Shown here: positions 13,317 to 26,935 of the stretch, piece by piece
Layout of the letters: each line of letters opens with the position of its first letter
How positions within the stretch are numbered: position 1 is the first letter of the stretch
Origin: Sphyrna mokarran
Lineage: Eukaryota
Reading direction: 5' to 3'
Assembly: GCA_024679065.1 (NCBI GenBank)
Contig: JAGIQG010000043.1
Span: forward strand, 744,001 to 808,000
DNA length: 64,000 bases
The notes under the pieces: generated by a model
Seen by the model: the letters and a program-made list of their open reading frames with translations, nothing else
Database searches by the model: none
What the model was told of the DNA's origin: nothing
Made by a program: the position numbers and the translations under genes

Positions 13317-14334
13317 TAATAAGAATATGAAGTAATGTGAAGGAAATGAGTTTATCGGATAATTTTTGGAACTGGGATTCCAACAACAACACCAGCAACG
13401 AAAAAAAACAGTTTTGTGTCCGATTAATATCTCATACAGCAACGTTCTGAATCATGTCCACCTTGTTGTATTTAAGTGAAAACAATATGACTAAACGATT
13501 GAATGAGGATAAGTGGTGGTGTAAGAAAGAATATCACTTGTAATGCATTAAGTTGTGTATGTTTTATAATATTGATAATATGCAACTTGAATTAAGTTAA
13601 TATATTGGCTTGAAGTTTGAGTTCCATTTGGTCATGGGTAATTTCCCCACTTAGATTATGGCTTACAGGATCAAGAGGAGGGAATGTTTTTGATTGCACT
13701 GAAGAGGTGTAACTTTAATATGTTGAAAAACCCTCAATCGAGCAATCTGATGTTTAACTTAGGAAGCAATTTCGAGGGACGATTACAGGGATTACTGTTC
13801 AAACATACAAATTCATCCTTGGGATCAATTAATATCTCATGTTGGAGTATTATTAAATTTGTTTACCTCGCTGTATTTAATTGTGTTACAATACGGTTTA
13901 ACGACTGGAGGAAAAATATGGCAAAACGTTTGAATGAGGAAACATGGTGGTGAAAGAAAGAATATTGTGTGTAACCTTTCAAGTGCTGTATGAAATAAAT
14001 CAATGGTATTGTGTCACTGGAATTAATTTTGTTGGTTAGATTGAGGTTTGTTTTCAACTTGTATATACATTTGATGATGGGCAAGTGGTCCATTTTGACT
14101 GTTGCTTCGGAGTTCAAAAGAAAGACCTGTGGCTATACATGCTGCCGAGAAAGAATTCTAAAATGCTGAATGACTTTCCATTAAGCAAGCCTGATATTCG
14201 GTTAGTTATATATTTTTCAGTATGTTGGGATTTCTTGCTGCTGAGCGACCTGGATCTCATTAAATGACACAACTTGTCAGATATAAATTCCTCTCTTTAG
14301 CAGTGGCGTGGAGTTGCTGGCGTTAGACTGGGGT

Positions 14335-14615
14335 AGGCACATTAAGTAGTCCCAAAGTGCCAGGTTGATGTTCACCAGGTTCATTTGGTAGCACGAGTTT
14401 TCAGAGCGTTGCCACTTCATCAGGTAACTCACCTGATGAAGGGGCAGCGTTCCAAAAGCTCGTGCTAACAAATAAACCTGTTAGACTTCACATAGAACAT
14501 AGAACATTAAAGCACAGTGCAGGCCCTTCGGCCCTCGATGCTGCGCCGAGCTATGTCCAATCCGAAGATCAAGCTATCACCTTAACTTGGTGCTGTGAAA
14601 CTACTTGCTTTTCTA
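14335..14615. mobile_element. Palindromic non-autonomous Penelope-derived element; right arm split by a CR1 tail fragment (about 14489-14581)
   Basis: Inverted arms centred near 14428, each with a CTGATGA...(G/A)AAA core and the aaataaacctg terminal motif. Confidence 0.7.
14392..14464. ncRNA. Two back-to-back degenerate minimal hammerhead-like motifs
   Basis: Plus strand: cac-CTGATGA-aggggcagcgttcc-AAAA-gctc-gtg. Minus strand: tac-CTGATGA-agtggcaacgctct-GAAA-actc-gtg. Confidence 0.55.
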
Positions 14616-15239
14616 ATCAGGGAAGAGTACTTTGCCTGCTTTTGGAGCCTGTGTCCCTGATCTGCACTTACATCCTTATGCGCTTAAGGATCTGATACAA
14701 TAAGGTCTGGAGTGACCAATACAAACACTCCGGCTCTATTTGGTTGGTCGAATTGAAGGATGCATTTGTGATTTTTGGTCAATGCAATAGTTGGTTTCAA
14801 GGAAAAAAATAAAATTTTAACTATAGTAACACTGGTTCAGAGGGCAGCGTAAAGAACCCGGAGACCAAGAACACAAAGGGAGACAACAACTGGAAAAAGA
14901 GGAGACCACATGGCACATTGAATGAGACTGCAAACAACTGGATATATTTTAATTGCAAATGGGATTCTTACCTTCAGCTAAATAACAGTGAGTATTTTAT
15001 TGATGCATTGCAAGTATTTACTGTTGTTTATGCAGCTTTATAATAAAGGAAATGGAATTTAAAGTTGACACTGTGTCTTCTTTGTACAGAGGTCAAAACA
15101 TGCAGGTTTGCACAACACAATGAATATGCAGTTATGTTCAAAGCTGTTCCATCTTTCTATCAGCACACGGACTTTTCATTCAAATGATTGATAGATTTAA
15201 AAAAAAACAGCAGATCCAGCTCTTGCCCAGCTCATCACT

Positions 15240-18200
15240 GGTCACTGGCCTCCAGTTTGAGATATAATAAAAACTTCTGCAACCACTGATTGTCTTCTGT
15301 CGTGAAGCAAACTTTGCATCCAATTGGCTACCTCATCCTGGATTGCATAATATTTAACCTTAAGCAAAAACCTACCATGTGGTACCTTGTCAAGGCCGTG
15401 CGGATGCCCATGTCGATATCTGTCGACTGCGCTGCACTCATCTACCTTCCTAGTAACATCTTCAAAAATTTCATTCCAATTCATCACAAATTCCAGTCTG
15501 AATCACAGCAGCTCAGTGACCATCACCGTGCTGTGCAGATACATGGATTTGGGACTGTGTCTGTGGGAGTTTTCACATTCTCCCCGTACTTGCGTAGGTT
15601 TTCTGCGGGTGCTCCGGTTTCCTCCCACACCCCAAAGATGTGCTTTTAGGCTGATTGGCAAAATGAATTTCCCCTAACTTGTCTCGCAAATTTGGTTCCA
15701 ATGCAGATTTCTATAAACATAGACAGGGATCATGGGTGGAAGTGGGGACCTTTTTCTCGTGCTGTTTTATTCTTTATTCTTTGTTCTTTGAAACCCACGC
15801 TGACTGTTTCTAATCAGTTCTGGCTTCTCCAAATGCCAGTAGATACTGTTGCTAAGAATATCTTGTAACTACATATCCATCACATGTATTAGATTTATCA
15901 GTCTGAAATTCCCAGGCTTTTCCCTGCAGTCTATTTTAAAACAAACACGCAACGTTTGCTAAATGTCGTCTTCACAGTGGAAGTCACAAATAATATGTCA
16001 CAAATTAATGACAGGAGAGATATTGCCGTTGAGAAAAATAAACTATCGTTATCACGAAAAAGGTAATGTTGGGCAAGTTAATAGTGTTAAAGGTAGGCAA
16101 GTGTCCAAGTTCTGACGGAATGCAACCTAGGGTACTAAAGGAGATGGTGGGAGAAATTGCAAGTTCACTAATGGGGTCTGGGGTTGATCCTGCCAATTGG
16201 AAACAGCAAATGTAGCGCAACTGTTTTTTTAAAGAGGTAGACAGCAGTCAGGTAACCATTGTCTGGTTAGCTTGACTTCTGTAGGAAAGAAAATGCTTGA
16301 ATCTATCATCAAAGAAGAAATAGCGAGACATCTGGATATAAATTGTTTCCTTGTTTAGACATAGCATTGATTCATGAAAGGAAAGCCAAGTCTGACTAAT
16401 TTGGTGGAATTCTCTGAGAATATTACATATGCAGTGGACAAGCAGGAATATGTGGACGTGCTGCATCTGCATATATGGAAGGTATTTAACGCAATGCCAC
16501 AACAAAAACCGCTCCATAAGATAAAGGTGCACCGTGCTAGGGGAATGAATTAGCTTTGATAGAGATGTGGTTAACTAACAGAAAGCAGAGTGGTGGCAAT
16601 TGCGTGTTTTTTTTGGCTGGCGATCAGTGACTAGTGTTGTGCCTCAGGAATCAGTGTTGCGACCACAATTGTTTATAATTTGCCTAAATATTTGGAGTTG
16701 GGGACCAAGTGTAGTGTGTGAAAATTCACAGATGACACCAAGGTGAGTGGTAGAGCAACGTGTGCAGAGGACGCTGAAAGTCTGGAAAGGATACAGAATG
16801 TCTAAGTGAGTGGGCGAGCGTCTGGCAGATGGAATACAACGTCGGTAAATGTGAGGTCATCCATTTTGGTAGGAATAACATAACAAAAAGGACTATTATT
16901 TAAACGGTAACAGAAATACAGCATACTGCTGTGCAGAGGGACCCGGGTGTTCTTGTTCAGGAATCTCAAGGAGTTGGCTTTCAAGTACAATAGATTAAGA
17001 AGGCAAATTGAATTTTGTCTTTCATTACTAGGGAGATGGAGTTTAAGTACAGCGAGGTTATGTTGCAACTGTATAAGGCGTCTTCACCTGGAGTACTGTA
17101 TCCACTTTTGGTCTCCTCACTTAAGAAATTACATACCGCCTCTGGAATGGATGCAGAGGAGATTCAGCAGGTTGATTTCAGGGTTGAGAGGGTTAGCTGA
17201 GGAGGATAAACTGAATAGACTGGGGTTATATTCATTGGAATTCAGAAGAGTGAGGGGAGATCATGTAGAAACATGTTAGATTATGAAGAGATTAAATAAG
17301 ATAGACATAAGGAAGGTGTTTCCACTGATGGGTGAGCTAGAACTAGGGCACATAACCTCGAAGTAAAGGCAAGAAGATTTAGGACTAAGTTGAGGAAGAG
17401 CTTCTTCTCACAAAGAGTTGTGAATCTGTGGATTTCCAGTGAAGCAGTTGAGTTTAGATGGTTGATTGTTTTTAAGTAAGGGTAGATACGTTTTTGAGCA
17501 ATAACGGAATGAAGTATTATGGCAACCAGAATGATAAGTGGAGCTTTAATCTGCAAAACGTCAGCTATCAGCTTATTGAATGGCGGTGCAGTCTAAAGGG
17601 GAGAGATGGCCTACTCTTGTTCCTAGTTCTTGTGATCTTATACATTCCAATATTCAGTCATCCCATCTATGGCTGTCTCTGATTCGAACATATCTGCTAG
17701 GGATTCGGCCATTTCCTACACAGCCTCCCACAACGCCCTGTGATTATTTCATTTGGTCACAGGGAGCTATCTACCTTACCTATTGTAAGACTTGCAGAAC
17801 CTCCTTCTCTGTTACATGAACACTCCTCAAAACATCACTATTTATTTCTCCATGTCCCTAACATCCATGTCTTTCTCAAAAATAAAAAAAAACGATGGGA
17901 AATATTCAATCCTCTCTCGTACATGCGCGCATAGATGACATTATTATTCTTAGGAGCCCCTACCCTCTCCCTGGTTAGAACTTTGCTTTTTCTCTATTTG
18001 AAGTAGAACTGTAAAAAAAACCCTTTGCCTTCTCTATCAATGCAATCTCATGTTCCATTTGGCCCTTCTGGTTTCTGTCTTTATTCTGATGTGTAATGAA
18101 ATTCTTCAGAGACACGCTTGATCCCAGCTGTCGATGCATACCACATGTTTCAAGAAGCATATTCAAGAGAAGGCAAGATCTCGTACTTGAAGAGAATGGG

Positions 18201-18960
18201 AACAAAGATGATGGAGTGAAAACAAGATTCGGAGACTTAGTTGGATGATCAACCGTAAGTATAATGAATTGTGAGGCAGGCTCAGATGGCCAAACGGCCT
18301 CCTCCTGCTACTATCTTCTTTATTTCTATTATTATTCCTATATGTCTCCTTCTTCTCTTTGAACAGTGTCTTAATACCCCGAGTCATCCAGAGTTCTGTA
18401 AAACTACCAGCCTTGCCCCGCCCTCTAAAGACAACGTTCTTACGCTGAACTCTGGTTAAAACACATTTGAAAGCTTCCCACTGATCAACAGCTCCTTTAC
18501 GTGTCCCAATCGAGTTTTGAAAGTTGCAGTCCAACATTTAAATTGGATTTGCCCCAATTGAGAATTCGAACTTTTGGGCTAGGTCTATCATTCTCCATAC
18601 CTATCATAACATTAGTGGAATGTTGTCACTGGTCCCAAAGTGATCCCTCACGAACACTTCGGTCCCCCGTCCTTCCTATTTCCTAAGAGGAGGTCAAATT
18701 TTGAGCCTTTTCAAATCGGGTCATCCATAAACTGAATGAGAAATTCCTCATGAATACACACAACAAATGTCTCTCTGTCCAATCCCCTATTGATATGGCT
18801 GTTCCAGAGAATGTTCGGAAAATTAAACCACCTTTCCGAATGTTCGAAAAGTTAAAAGTTAAACTTTTACCACCCTGTTTTGTTTTTCTTGCAGATATCT
18901 CTTATCTCCTCACATACTTGTTCCCCAATTGCCCATCAACACTATAGGGGCCTGTAGTAT
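15240..18960. mobile_element. Cluster of old degenerate CR1 elements (minus 15240-15960; plus 15990-17640; minus 17900-18960)
   Basis: Decayed DKVPH, LEYC.HFWSP, GLYYRP and EN/RT motifs with many stops. Confidence 0.75.
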
Positions 18961-19029
18961 AATCCCATCATATGGATCTCTCCTTCCTTTAGGTGTGTCA
19001 AACACAATTGCCTTTTCATCAATATATGG

Positions 19030-19370
19030 AATCTTACAACCCTACAGTGCAGAAAGAGGCCCTTCGACCCATCCAGTCTGCACTGAACACAATTCCACCC
19101 AGGCACTACTCCCATATTCCTACCCATAAAACCCACTAATCCCTCTAACCTACGCATCCCTCGATACCAAGGGGTAATTTCTTATCATGACCAACCAACG
19201 TAACCCGCACATATTTGGATTGTGGAAGGGGACTGGAGTACCCGGAGGAAACACACGCAGACACGAAGAGAATGTGCAAACTCCATACAGACAATGACCA
19301 GAGCTGAGAATCGAAACCAGGACACTGGAGCTGTGAAGTAGCAGTGCTAACCACTGTGCTACCGTACCGC
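19030..19370 (-). mobile_element. HE1-like V-SINE
   Basis: gcggtacggtagcacagtggttagcactgc head, ggtttcgattct B box, V-domain and tail. Confidence 0.85.
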
Positions 19371-20749
19371 TAATATATGTTGACTTTGTCTCATTCCGTC
19401 GACATTTTTCAGTGTTTCGTTACCATATTCTTTATAATAAAACTAGATTATGCTTATAATTTGAAGTAAACTGATAATATAAAGACGGACCCGCCTTCAG
19501 CGAGTCTACCAATCCTAAAAATGCAGTGAAATTAGACAAATAAGAGAGAGAAAAAAAAACACATAGGCCTTCAGTCGTAGAACAAGTCAAAAGTTACAGC
19601 ACCGAAATAGCTCATTGGAATCACCCTGTCCTTGCCAGCTAGAGGTTTCCCAGGTGCCCTTTCTAATCCAGTGATGCAAGATGACAACTTGGATCAATTA
19701 TTGGTGTGGACAAGTTCATTTCTCTGGAAATTTAAATTATCAGTTCCATTCTTTAAATACAAATTTTCATTTTGCAAAGAAAAGCTAAGTATTAAAACAG
19801 TCAATTCTACTCTTCGAATTAGCGCAGCTTATTTTGTGACGATTATAGAATTTTTTTTTTTTATTATTCACAGTTTGGAAGTAAATTTGGTTTGTGAATC
19901 TTTAATTACTTTCTCGTAATTAATTCTTGTGACTCTGGTCCTGTATCTTTCTTAATGTGTGTTGGATGAATAAATGTTGAAATATTTAGCAAACCAAACA
20001 TTTTCAGTTATTGATGGAGGATGCACTTAATGGACTTCATGATATTGTCGTAACTTTGTAATTTTCACAAATCTTTTCAGTTTTTCTTATTGACTTGGAC
20101 AAATCACTGCCAGAGACAACGAAGGTGTACTCTGGCAAAACAGTTCCCTCAACGTAACAGTTGATAAGAGCGTGTTTCTTTGAACTTCTTCTTGAGATAT
20201 TAGAAGCATATGTAGAAAATAGAAGTGGAAGATTCTCTTTCTGTCCTTCGAACTTGCTTTGCCAATCCTGATAATCATGGTTGGCAATCAAAAAGTCATT
20301 TTCCTAAATGTTTTCCAAAAGCACTAAAATGCATGGATTCGATTATAAAATTAATAAAAGTCTGGAATACAGTAAGAACAATGATCGCAAATGATTTGTT
20401 TTAAAGAAAGAGTTTTCATGCATTAAAACTGAGAGGCTCATTCAATTTACCATTTCGTTTAGTGCAAATATGCTAACGAAATTTTGCTCGTTAACATTTA
20501 ATAAGGTTCATACGGCTGTCAGGAAATCTCTCTACGAGGGCTGTAAATTATATCTGAGCTCTACTTCTCTTGTTGTAATGGGACAGCACTGTGAAAGGGA
20601 CACCAAATTTGTTTGTTACCAAAACTAAGGAGCTGAGCAACATGGGAGCCAAATTACTTTACCGCACCTGCATCAAAAACAGGAATATTCAAGCCATCGA
20701 CTGACAAGCTTCAGGAGATATTTTGGGGTTTTATTGAAATTCTGTTGAA

Positions 20750-22610
20750 CTGCATGACGTGATCAAGTGCACGTGGTATGTTTGAACTTCCAGAAAACGC
20801 CCAACAAAGCCCCGCCGAAGAGATTTTCGTGGATGATTAAAGCAGCGGGGATTGGGGCAAGAGTATTAGGATGGATAGAAAACTGGTTGGCAGTTAGGAA
20901 ACAAAGTGCAGGTGATTTTCCACTAAATGCTTAGCCCCAAAAGATTCGGTGCTAAACTATTCACTATAAATAATTATTGGCATGAGAGAACAACATATAA
21001 CAACTCAAAGTTTGCAGAAGATAACAATGGGAGCAAGGGAGAATTATGACGAGCATTGTGGAATCCTTTAGAACGATTTGGACAGTTGGGGCGAGTGCGC
21101 AAATCAATGGCAAACCTAGTATCATGTGGACAAATGTGAGATTATTCACTTTGGAAGCAAAAACAGGAAGGCATGTGGCAACATGAATGGCTGTAGTTTG
21201 GAAGAGTACAATTTGCAGCGGGATCTGGGTGTCCTTGTGCACCAGTCACTGAAAATAGGCATGTAGGTGTAGCAGACGATGACGAAAGCAAATCGCATGT
21301 TGGCCTTTATTTGAGAGATTTTGAATACAGGAGCAGGGATGTGTTGTCGCAGTTAAATAGAGAGTTCATGAGGCCACACCAAGAGTATTGTGTGTTTCTT
21401 TTGATCTCCTTGTCTGAGGAAGGATGTTCGTGTTCTCAATGGAATGCAGTAAAGGTACTGTGGCTGATTCTGGAGATGACAGGACTGATATATGAGGATA
21501 GAGCGATGAGGTTAGCACTGTTTCCGGTGGAGTTCAGATGAATGAGATGAATCACATAGAAACTTGTAAAGATCAAATAGGACAGGGTTAAGATTTTTCC
21601 TAGGATGCACTCGAATAGCACGAGGGGTCCCGGGCTTAGAGTGAGGGGGATAAGGTATAATTTGGAGGCTAGAGGGTGTTTTTTCACACAGAGGGTGGTA
21701 TGGGTATGGAATGCCCTGCCAAGTAAAGTGGTGGAGGCATGCACTCTCGAGTTATTTAAGAAATATTTGGATGGACACATGAACAGAATGGGAATGGAGG
21801 GGTATAGAAAACTGATTTAGATTCAGGATCATGAGCCTTGGGAGACCCTGAAAGTGTGTAAATACATGATGATATTGATGTACTTGTTTTTATCCTACAG
21901 GTGCTTTGTTGTGTAACAAGGAGCATACACGCGATGGGTCGTGAGAGGGCTGCTCTTGGATTTTTTATCGAGAGTACCCCAGTGCTTCACGTCATTAATG
22001 CACGCCTGACATGTACCATTCGATATGCAACACGACAGCTCAGTGACTATCGATGTGTGTGCAGATACATGGATTTGGGCCTGTATCTATAGGAGTTTGC
22101 ACATTCTTCCCGTGCTTGCCTGGGTTTTCTCCGGTGCTCAGATTTCCTCCCACATCCCAACATGGGAACATCGGGGTGGCGGCGCGGGCTCGTTGGGCCG
22201 AAGGTCCTGTTTCCCGTGCTGTTTTGTTCTTTGTTCCTTGACTAAAGAGGATAGATACTGAGAACGTATTTCTGACGTTGGGCGAGCCTACAACCAGGGC
22301 TCACAGTTTGGAGGTAAAGGGTAGACCAATTAGGCAGACACTAGGAGGCACTTCTTCAGTCAAAGAGTAGAGAGTCTTTGGAATTCATTACCCCAGAAAG
22401 TAGTTGATGGCAAAAGATTGAACTCAGTCAAGAGGCCGGCAAGATATAGCACTTGAAGTGAATGGAGACAAAGGTTATGGGGCAAAAAAAACAGGATTAA
22501 GCTGTTCAGTTGGATGATCAGCCGTAATTGCAAAATATTTTGGAGCAGGCTTGAAGGGCCAAAGAGCCGTTCAAACTCTTCGTAGAATGGTTTTCTATGT
22601 TTATGCATTG
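20750..22610 (+). mobile_element. Old CR1 split by a composite CR1/V-SINE copy (21585-22240)
   Basis: EYRSRDVL...RPH.EYC remnants either side; the insert matches about 12530-13316. Confidence 0.78.
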
Positions 22611-22643
22611 CTATGATCTGGGAACGATCAATTTTCTTTCTGC

Positions 22644-23560
22644 TCAGAAATCAGCTGTTTTATTGCAAATATATTTGACAATTGCAATAATCGGATATTT
22701 CAGCACACTTTTGAACTGCTCCCTGAATCTTCTCTGAGTCACCCCATAAATAAATGTGTTTGTGCAGGAACTTAAATTCTGCAGCATAAATCCAACCCGG
22801 GCAAATGTGTTTAATGAGTCGGTGTAATCTAGAACTGTTGTTTCTGCAAAGCTATAATATAGGAATTCCACAAAAGATACCATCCACAGAAGGATAAAAC
22901 TGCCTGAAATTGCAAAAAGTAGCACAGCAGACTTCTTCCTGCTCTCTATCTCTGGATCATTGTGGTTCTCCCCCTTCTTCTGTCCTCTCAGGGTACTGCG
23001 GATTTTGCTGGCCAGTAATATGTGTCTGACTGTCAAGGTATTGAGCAGTAATATTAAAAAGAATGGCAGTATTGGGGTTAACATTGTGTCAAACCAATCA
23101 AAGACTATCCATCCTGTCTCAACAACATAACTTCGTTTAACAGCACAAAACCACGGCTTATTGTCAATTATCTCATAAGGTTCATATATAAAATACCAAA
23201 CAGTGCTTTTCAAACTCAGCAGAACACATGTCGTTGCTATGACAAGAGAAGCAGTTCTCTTTGTGCAATATTTTGTTTTTTGATTGTGGCAACAAATAGC
23301 AATGAAGCGATCAAACGAGAAACAGACTGTTAACCAAACGGAGCTGTCTCTGGAGGCACGCGTCAAAACAACGATAACACTGCACACAGGAGTAAGGGAG
23401 AGTAAAGATCCAGGGTTAAATTGATAACCTATCCGAAATAGTATGACCTCTGTGAGAATAACCAGCAGATCGGTCACGACCATTGCCAGCATGTAGCTCG
23501 TGATACATTTGGATAGACCACACTTTTCTCGAGTCAGCGTCACAATCGCAATCAAGTTAA
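22644..23560 (-). CDS. GPR139/GPR142-like class A GPCR, paralogue B, coding exon 2 (TM1-TM7 and C-tail)
   Basis: Within ORF 22644..23627. Acceptor cttttacag at 23561-23562; DRF motif; TM6 LLFAISGSFILLW; TM7 NLSSCTNTFIY; helix 8 FREQF; stop at 22644. Confidence 0.92.
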
Positions 23561-24079
23561 CTGTAAAAGGTAAGAAAGAAAAGGAAAAAGGTAGAGAATG
23601 TGGATTCAAGTTCACAGTTATTCTCACTCTCGTATAGAATTCTAAACAGTTATATCTGTAAACATTGCATTGAAAATATAATAATTACTAGCATGACAAC
23701 ATGCCATGGAGTCAGCATAATGGCAATGAACAATGGGAATTTCAGATCTTTGAAACCCACCGTGAGAAAGAACATTGTTCTCTCTGTTGGGAGCTCAGAA
23801 GTTAACACCCATCATTGTGAATGTATGCTACCCGGATTGCCTCGTAGTATGAGCACTACGAGGCTTCCTCCCGAAGTATAGCCGTGATTTTCTGGTTGAC
23901 CAGTAGTGGAACACTCTCACCCTCTTTTTTTAATCCCTGTCTATCCTGCCTGAAACATCTGTATCCTGGAAAAGTAAGCTACCAATCATCTCCTTGGCTT
24001 AACAAAGTCTCTGTAGTGGCGTGAAGATCATAATTCCAAGTGCTAACCCAAGCACCAAGATATCTCCCTTACCTGTTAC

Positions 24080-25435
24080 ATTTATGTACATAGAACATAG
24101 AACATAGAACATTACAGCACAGAACAGGCCCTTCGGCCTTCGATGTTGCGCCGACCAATATAAAAAGCAATGACCCTCCTAACTAAACCATTCCCTTCTC
24201 TTCCATATACTTATCAACTAACCTCTTAAACGCCACCAAACTTGGCGCATCTACAACAGCTGCAGGCAGGGCATTCCACTCCCTAATCACTCTTTGAGTA
24301 AAGAACCTACCTCTGATATCCGTCATATAACTCATACCCCTTAATTTAAAGCTGTGTCCCCTCGTGCTAGCTTTCTCCATCCTAGGAAAAAGGCTATCAC
24401 TGTCCACCCTATCTAAACCTCTACTCATCTTATATGTTTCAATAAGGTCTCCTCTTAGCCGCCTTCTTTCTAACGAAAACAACCTCAAATCTCTCAGCCT
24501 CTCCTCATAAGACCTGCCTCCATACCAGGCAACATCCTGGTAAACCTCCTCTGTACCCTCTCCAATGCCTCCACATCTTTCTTATAATGTGGGGACCAGA
24601 ACTGCACACAATACTCCAAGTGCGGCCGCACTAGAGTTTTTGTACAGTTGCAACATGACGTTGCGGCTCCGAAATTCAATCCCTCTACCAATAAAAGCCA
24701 AGACTCCATATTCCTTCCTAACAACCTTCTCGACCTGACTGCCTACTTTCAGGGATCTATGCACATACACACCAAGATCCCTCTGTTCATCTAGACTACT
24801 AAGAATCCTACCATTTGCCCTATACTCTACACATTTATTATTTCTGCCATAGTGCATTAGCTCACACTTTTCCACATTAAACTCCATTTGCCACCTCTCG
24901 GCCCAGCTCTGCAACTTGTCCAAGTCTCTCTGCAAACTATAACACCCCTCTTCACTATCTACCACTCCACCGACTTTAGTGTCATCTGCAAATTTACTAA
25001 TCCATCCTCAATACCCTCATCCAGATCATTTATAAAAATTACAAACAGCAGGGGCCCCAAAACAGACCCCTGAGGTACACCACTTGTCACCGAACTCCAC
25101 GATGAATATCTCCCATCAACCACCACCCTCTGTCTTCTATCTGCTAGCCAATTCCTAACCAATTAGCTAAATCACCCTCTATCCCATACATCTGCATTTT
25201 CTGCAGAAGTCTTCCATGGGCCACCTTATCAAACGCCTTACTAAAATCCATATATACCACATCAACCGCCTTACCCCCATCCATCTCCTTAGTCACTTTT
25301 TCAATAAACTCAATGAGGTTAGTAAGGCACGACCTACCCTTCACAAAACCATGCTGACTATTTCCAATCAATTCATTACTCTCTAAATAAGTATAAATCC
25401 TATCCCTAATTATTCTCTCCAATACTTTGCCCAAA
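24080..25435 (-). mobile_element. Young 5'-truncated CR1, specific to duplication copy B
   Basis: (TAGAACA)n tail at about 24090; RT ORF pieces; absent from copy A near 1130. Confidence 0.92.
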
Positions 25436-25849
25436 CTGTACTGTGTTGTAGAACATTACAACACAGTACAGGCCGTTCGGTTCTCAATATTGTGCCAAGC
25501 TGTGTCCAATCACAAGACCAAGCTATCCCCTCCCTATAATTCTGGAATGCTACATGTGCCTATCCAATAACTGCTTGAAAGCTTCTAAAGTGACCGACTC
25601 CACTATCACAACAGGCTGTCTATTCCACATCCCAAATACTATCTGAGTAAAGAATCTATCTCTGGAGTTCCTTCTGTAACGCCCACAGTGAAACATGTAG
25701 TTATCCCCCCTAGGAACAGCCACATCCACCCGAGGAAATAGTCTCTGCATGTCCACTCTATCAATCCTCTCATCATCTTATAAACCTCTATTAAGTCGCC
25801 TCTCAGCCTCCTCCGCTCCAAAGAGAAAAGCCCCATCTCACTCAGACTA

Positions 25850-26935
25850 TGGGTAGCACAGTGCGTTACCACTGCTGTTTCACAGAGCTGGGGTGTTGGG
25901 TTCGATTCCCAGCTCAGGTCACCATCTGTTGTGGAGTTTGCGCATTCTCCATGTGTCTGTACGCGTTTAAAGAAAAAGAACAAAACAGCACGGGAAACAG
26001 GCCGTTTGGCCCAACGAGCCCGCGCCGCCACCCCGATATTCCCTTCGCTACCCGCGATCCCTGTCCATGTTTAGTTGATAAGTATATGGAAGAGAAGGGA
26101 ATGGTTTAGTTTGGAGGGGCATTGCTTTTTATATTGGTCGGCGCAACATCGAAGGCCGAAGGGCCTGTTCTGTGCTGTAATGTTCTATGTTCTATGTTTA
26201 TAGATCTATGGATTAAAAACCAAATTTGAGACAATTTAGGGAGAATTTGTTTTTGCCAATTAGCCTAAGAGCACATCTTTGGGATGTGGGAGGAAACCGG
26301 ATCTCCCGGAGAAAACCCACGCAAGCACGGGGAGAATGCGCAAACTCCCACAGACACAGGCCCAAATCCATTTATCTGCACAGCACAATGATAGTCACTG
26401 AGCTGTCGTGTTGCCCATCAAATGGTCCAGGTCAAGCGTACACTAACGATGTGAAGCACTAGGATACTCTCGAAAAAAAATCCCAGAGCAGCCCTCTCAC
26501 GACCCATCGCGTGTATGCTCCTCGTTAGACAACAAGGTGGACCAAAGCACCTGTAGGATAAAAACAAGTACATCAATAGCATCATCTATTTACACACTTC
26601 CCAGGGACTCCCAAGGCTCATGATCCCTATTTTAAATCAGTTTTCTATGCCCCTCTATTCCCACTCTGTTCATGTGCCCATCTAAGTATTTCTTATGATC
26701 AGGTTTCTTTCCAAAGTTGGGCGAATGGCCAGTTTTCCATGCTGTTTTGTTCTTTGTTCTTTACATGCGTGTTAGGTTGATTGGCCATGTTAAAATTGCC
26801 CTTTAATGCCTTGGGATGTGTACGTTAGAGGGATTTGCGGGTAAACGTATGGGGATAGGCCCTGGTTGGGATTGTGGTCAGTGCAGCGTCGATGGACTAA
26901 AGGGCCTGTTTCTGCATTTCAGTGTTCTATGTTCT
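25850..26935 (+). mobile_element. HE1-like SINE (orthologue of 1529-1855) split by a composite CR1/V-SINE (25968-26690, minus) that itself holds a CR1 tail (26071-26198, plus)
   Basis: SINE head at 25850-25960 resumes at about 26765. The inner insertion has an ATGTT duplication. Confidence 0.8.

Noticed and set aside
20037-20291. Two overlapping minus-strand ORFs in unique sequence
   Set aside because: No recognisable domain and no consistent exon chain.
23561-23627. N-terminal extension MRITVNLNPHSLPFSFSFLPFT of the 327-aa ORF, and ORF 583..783
   Set aside because: This is the intron's polypyrimidine tract. Copy A has a stop at the same place, and the true exon 1 is upstream.
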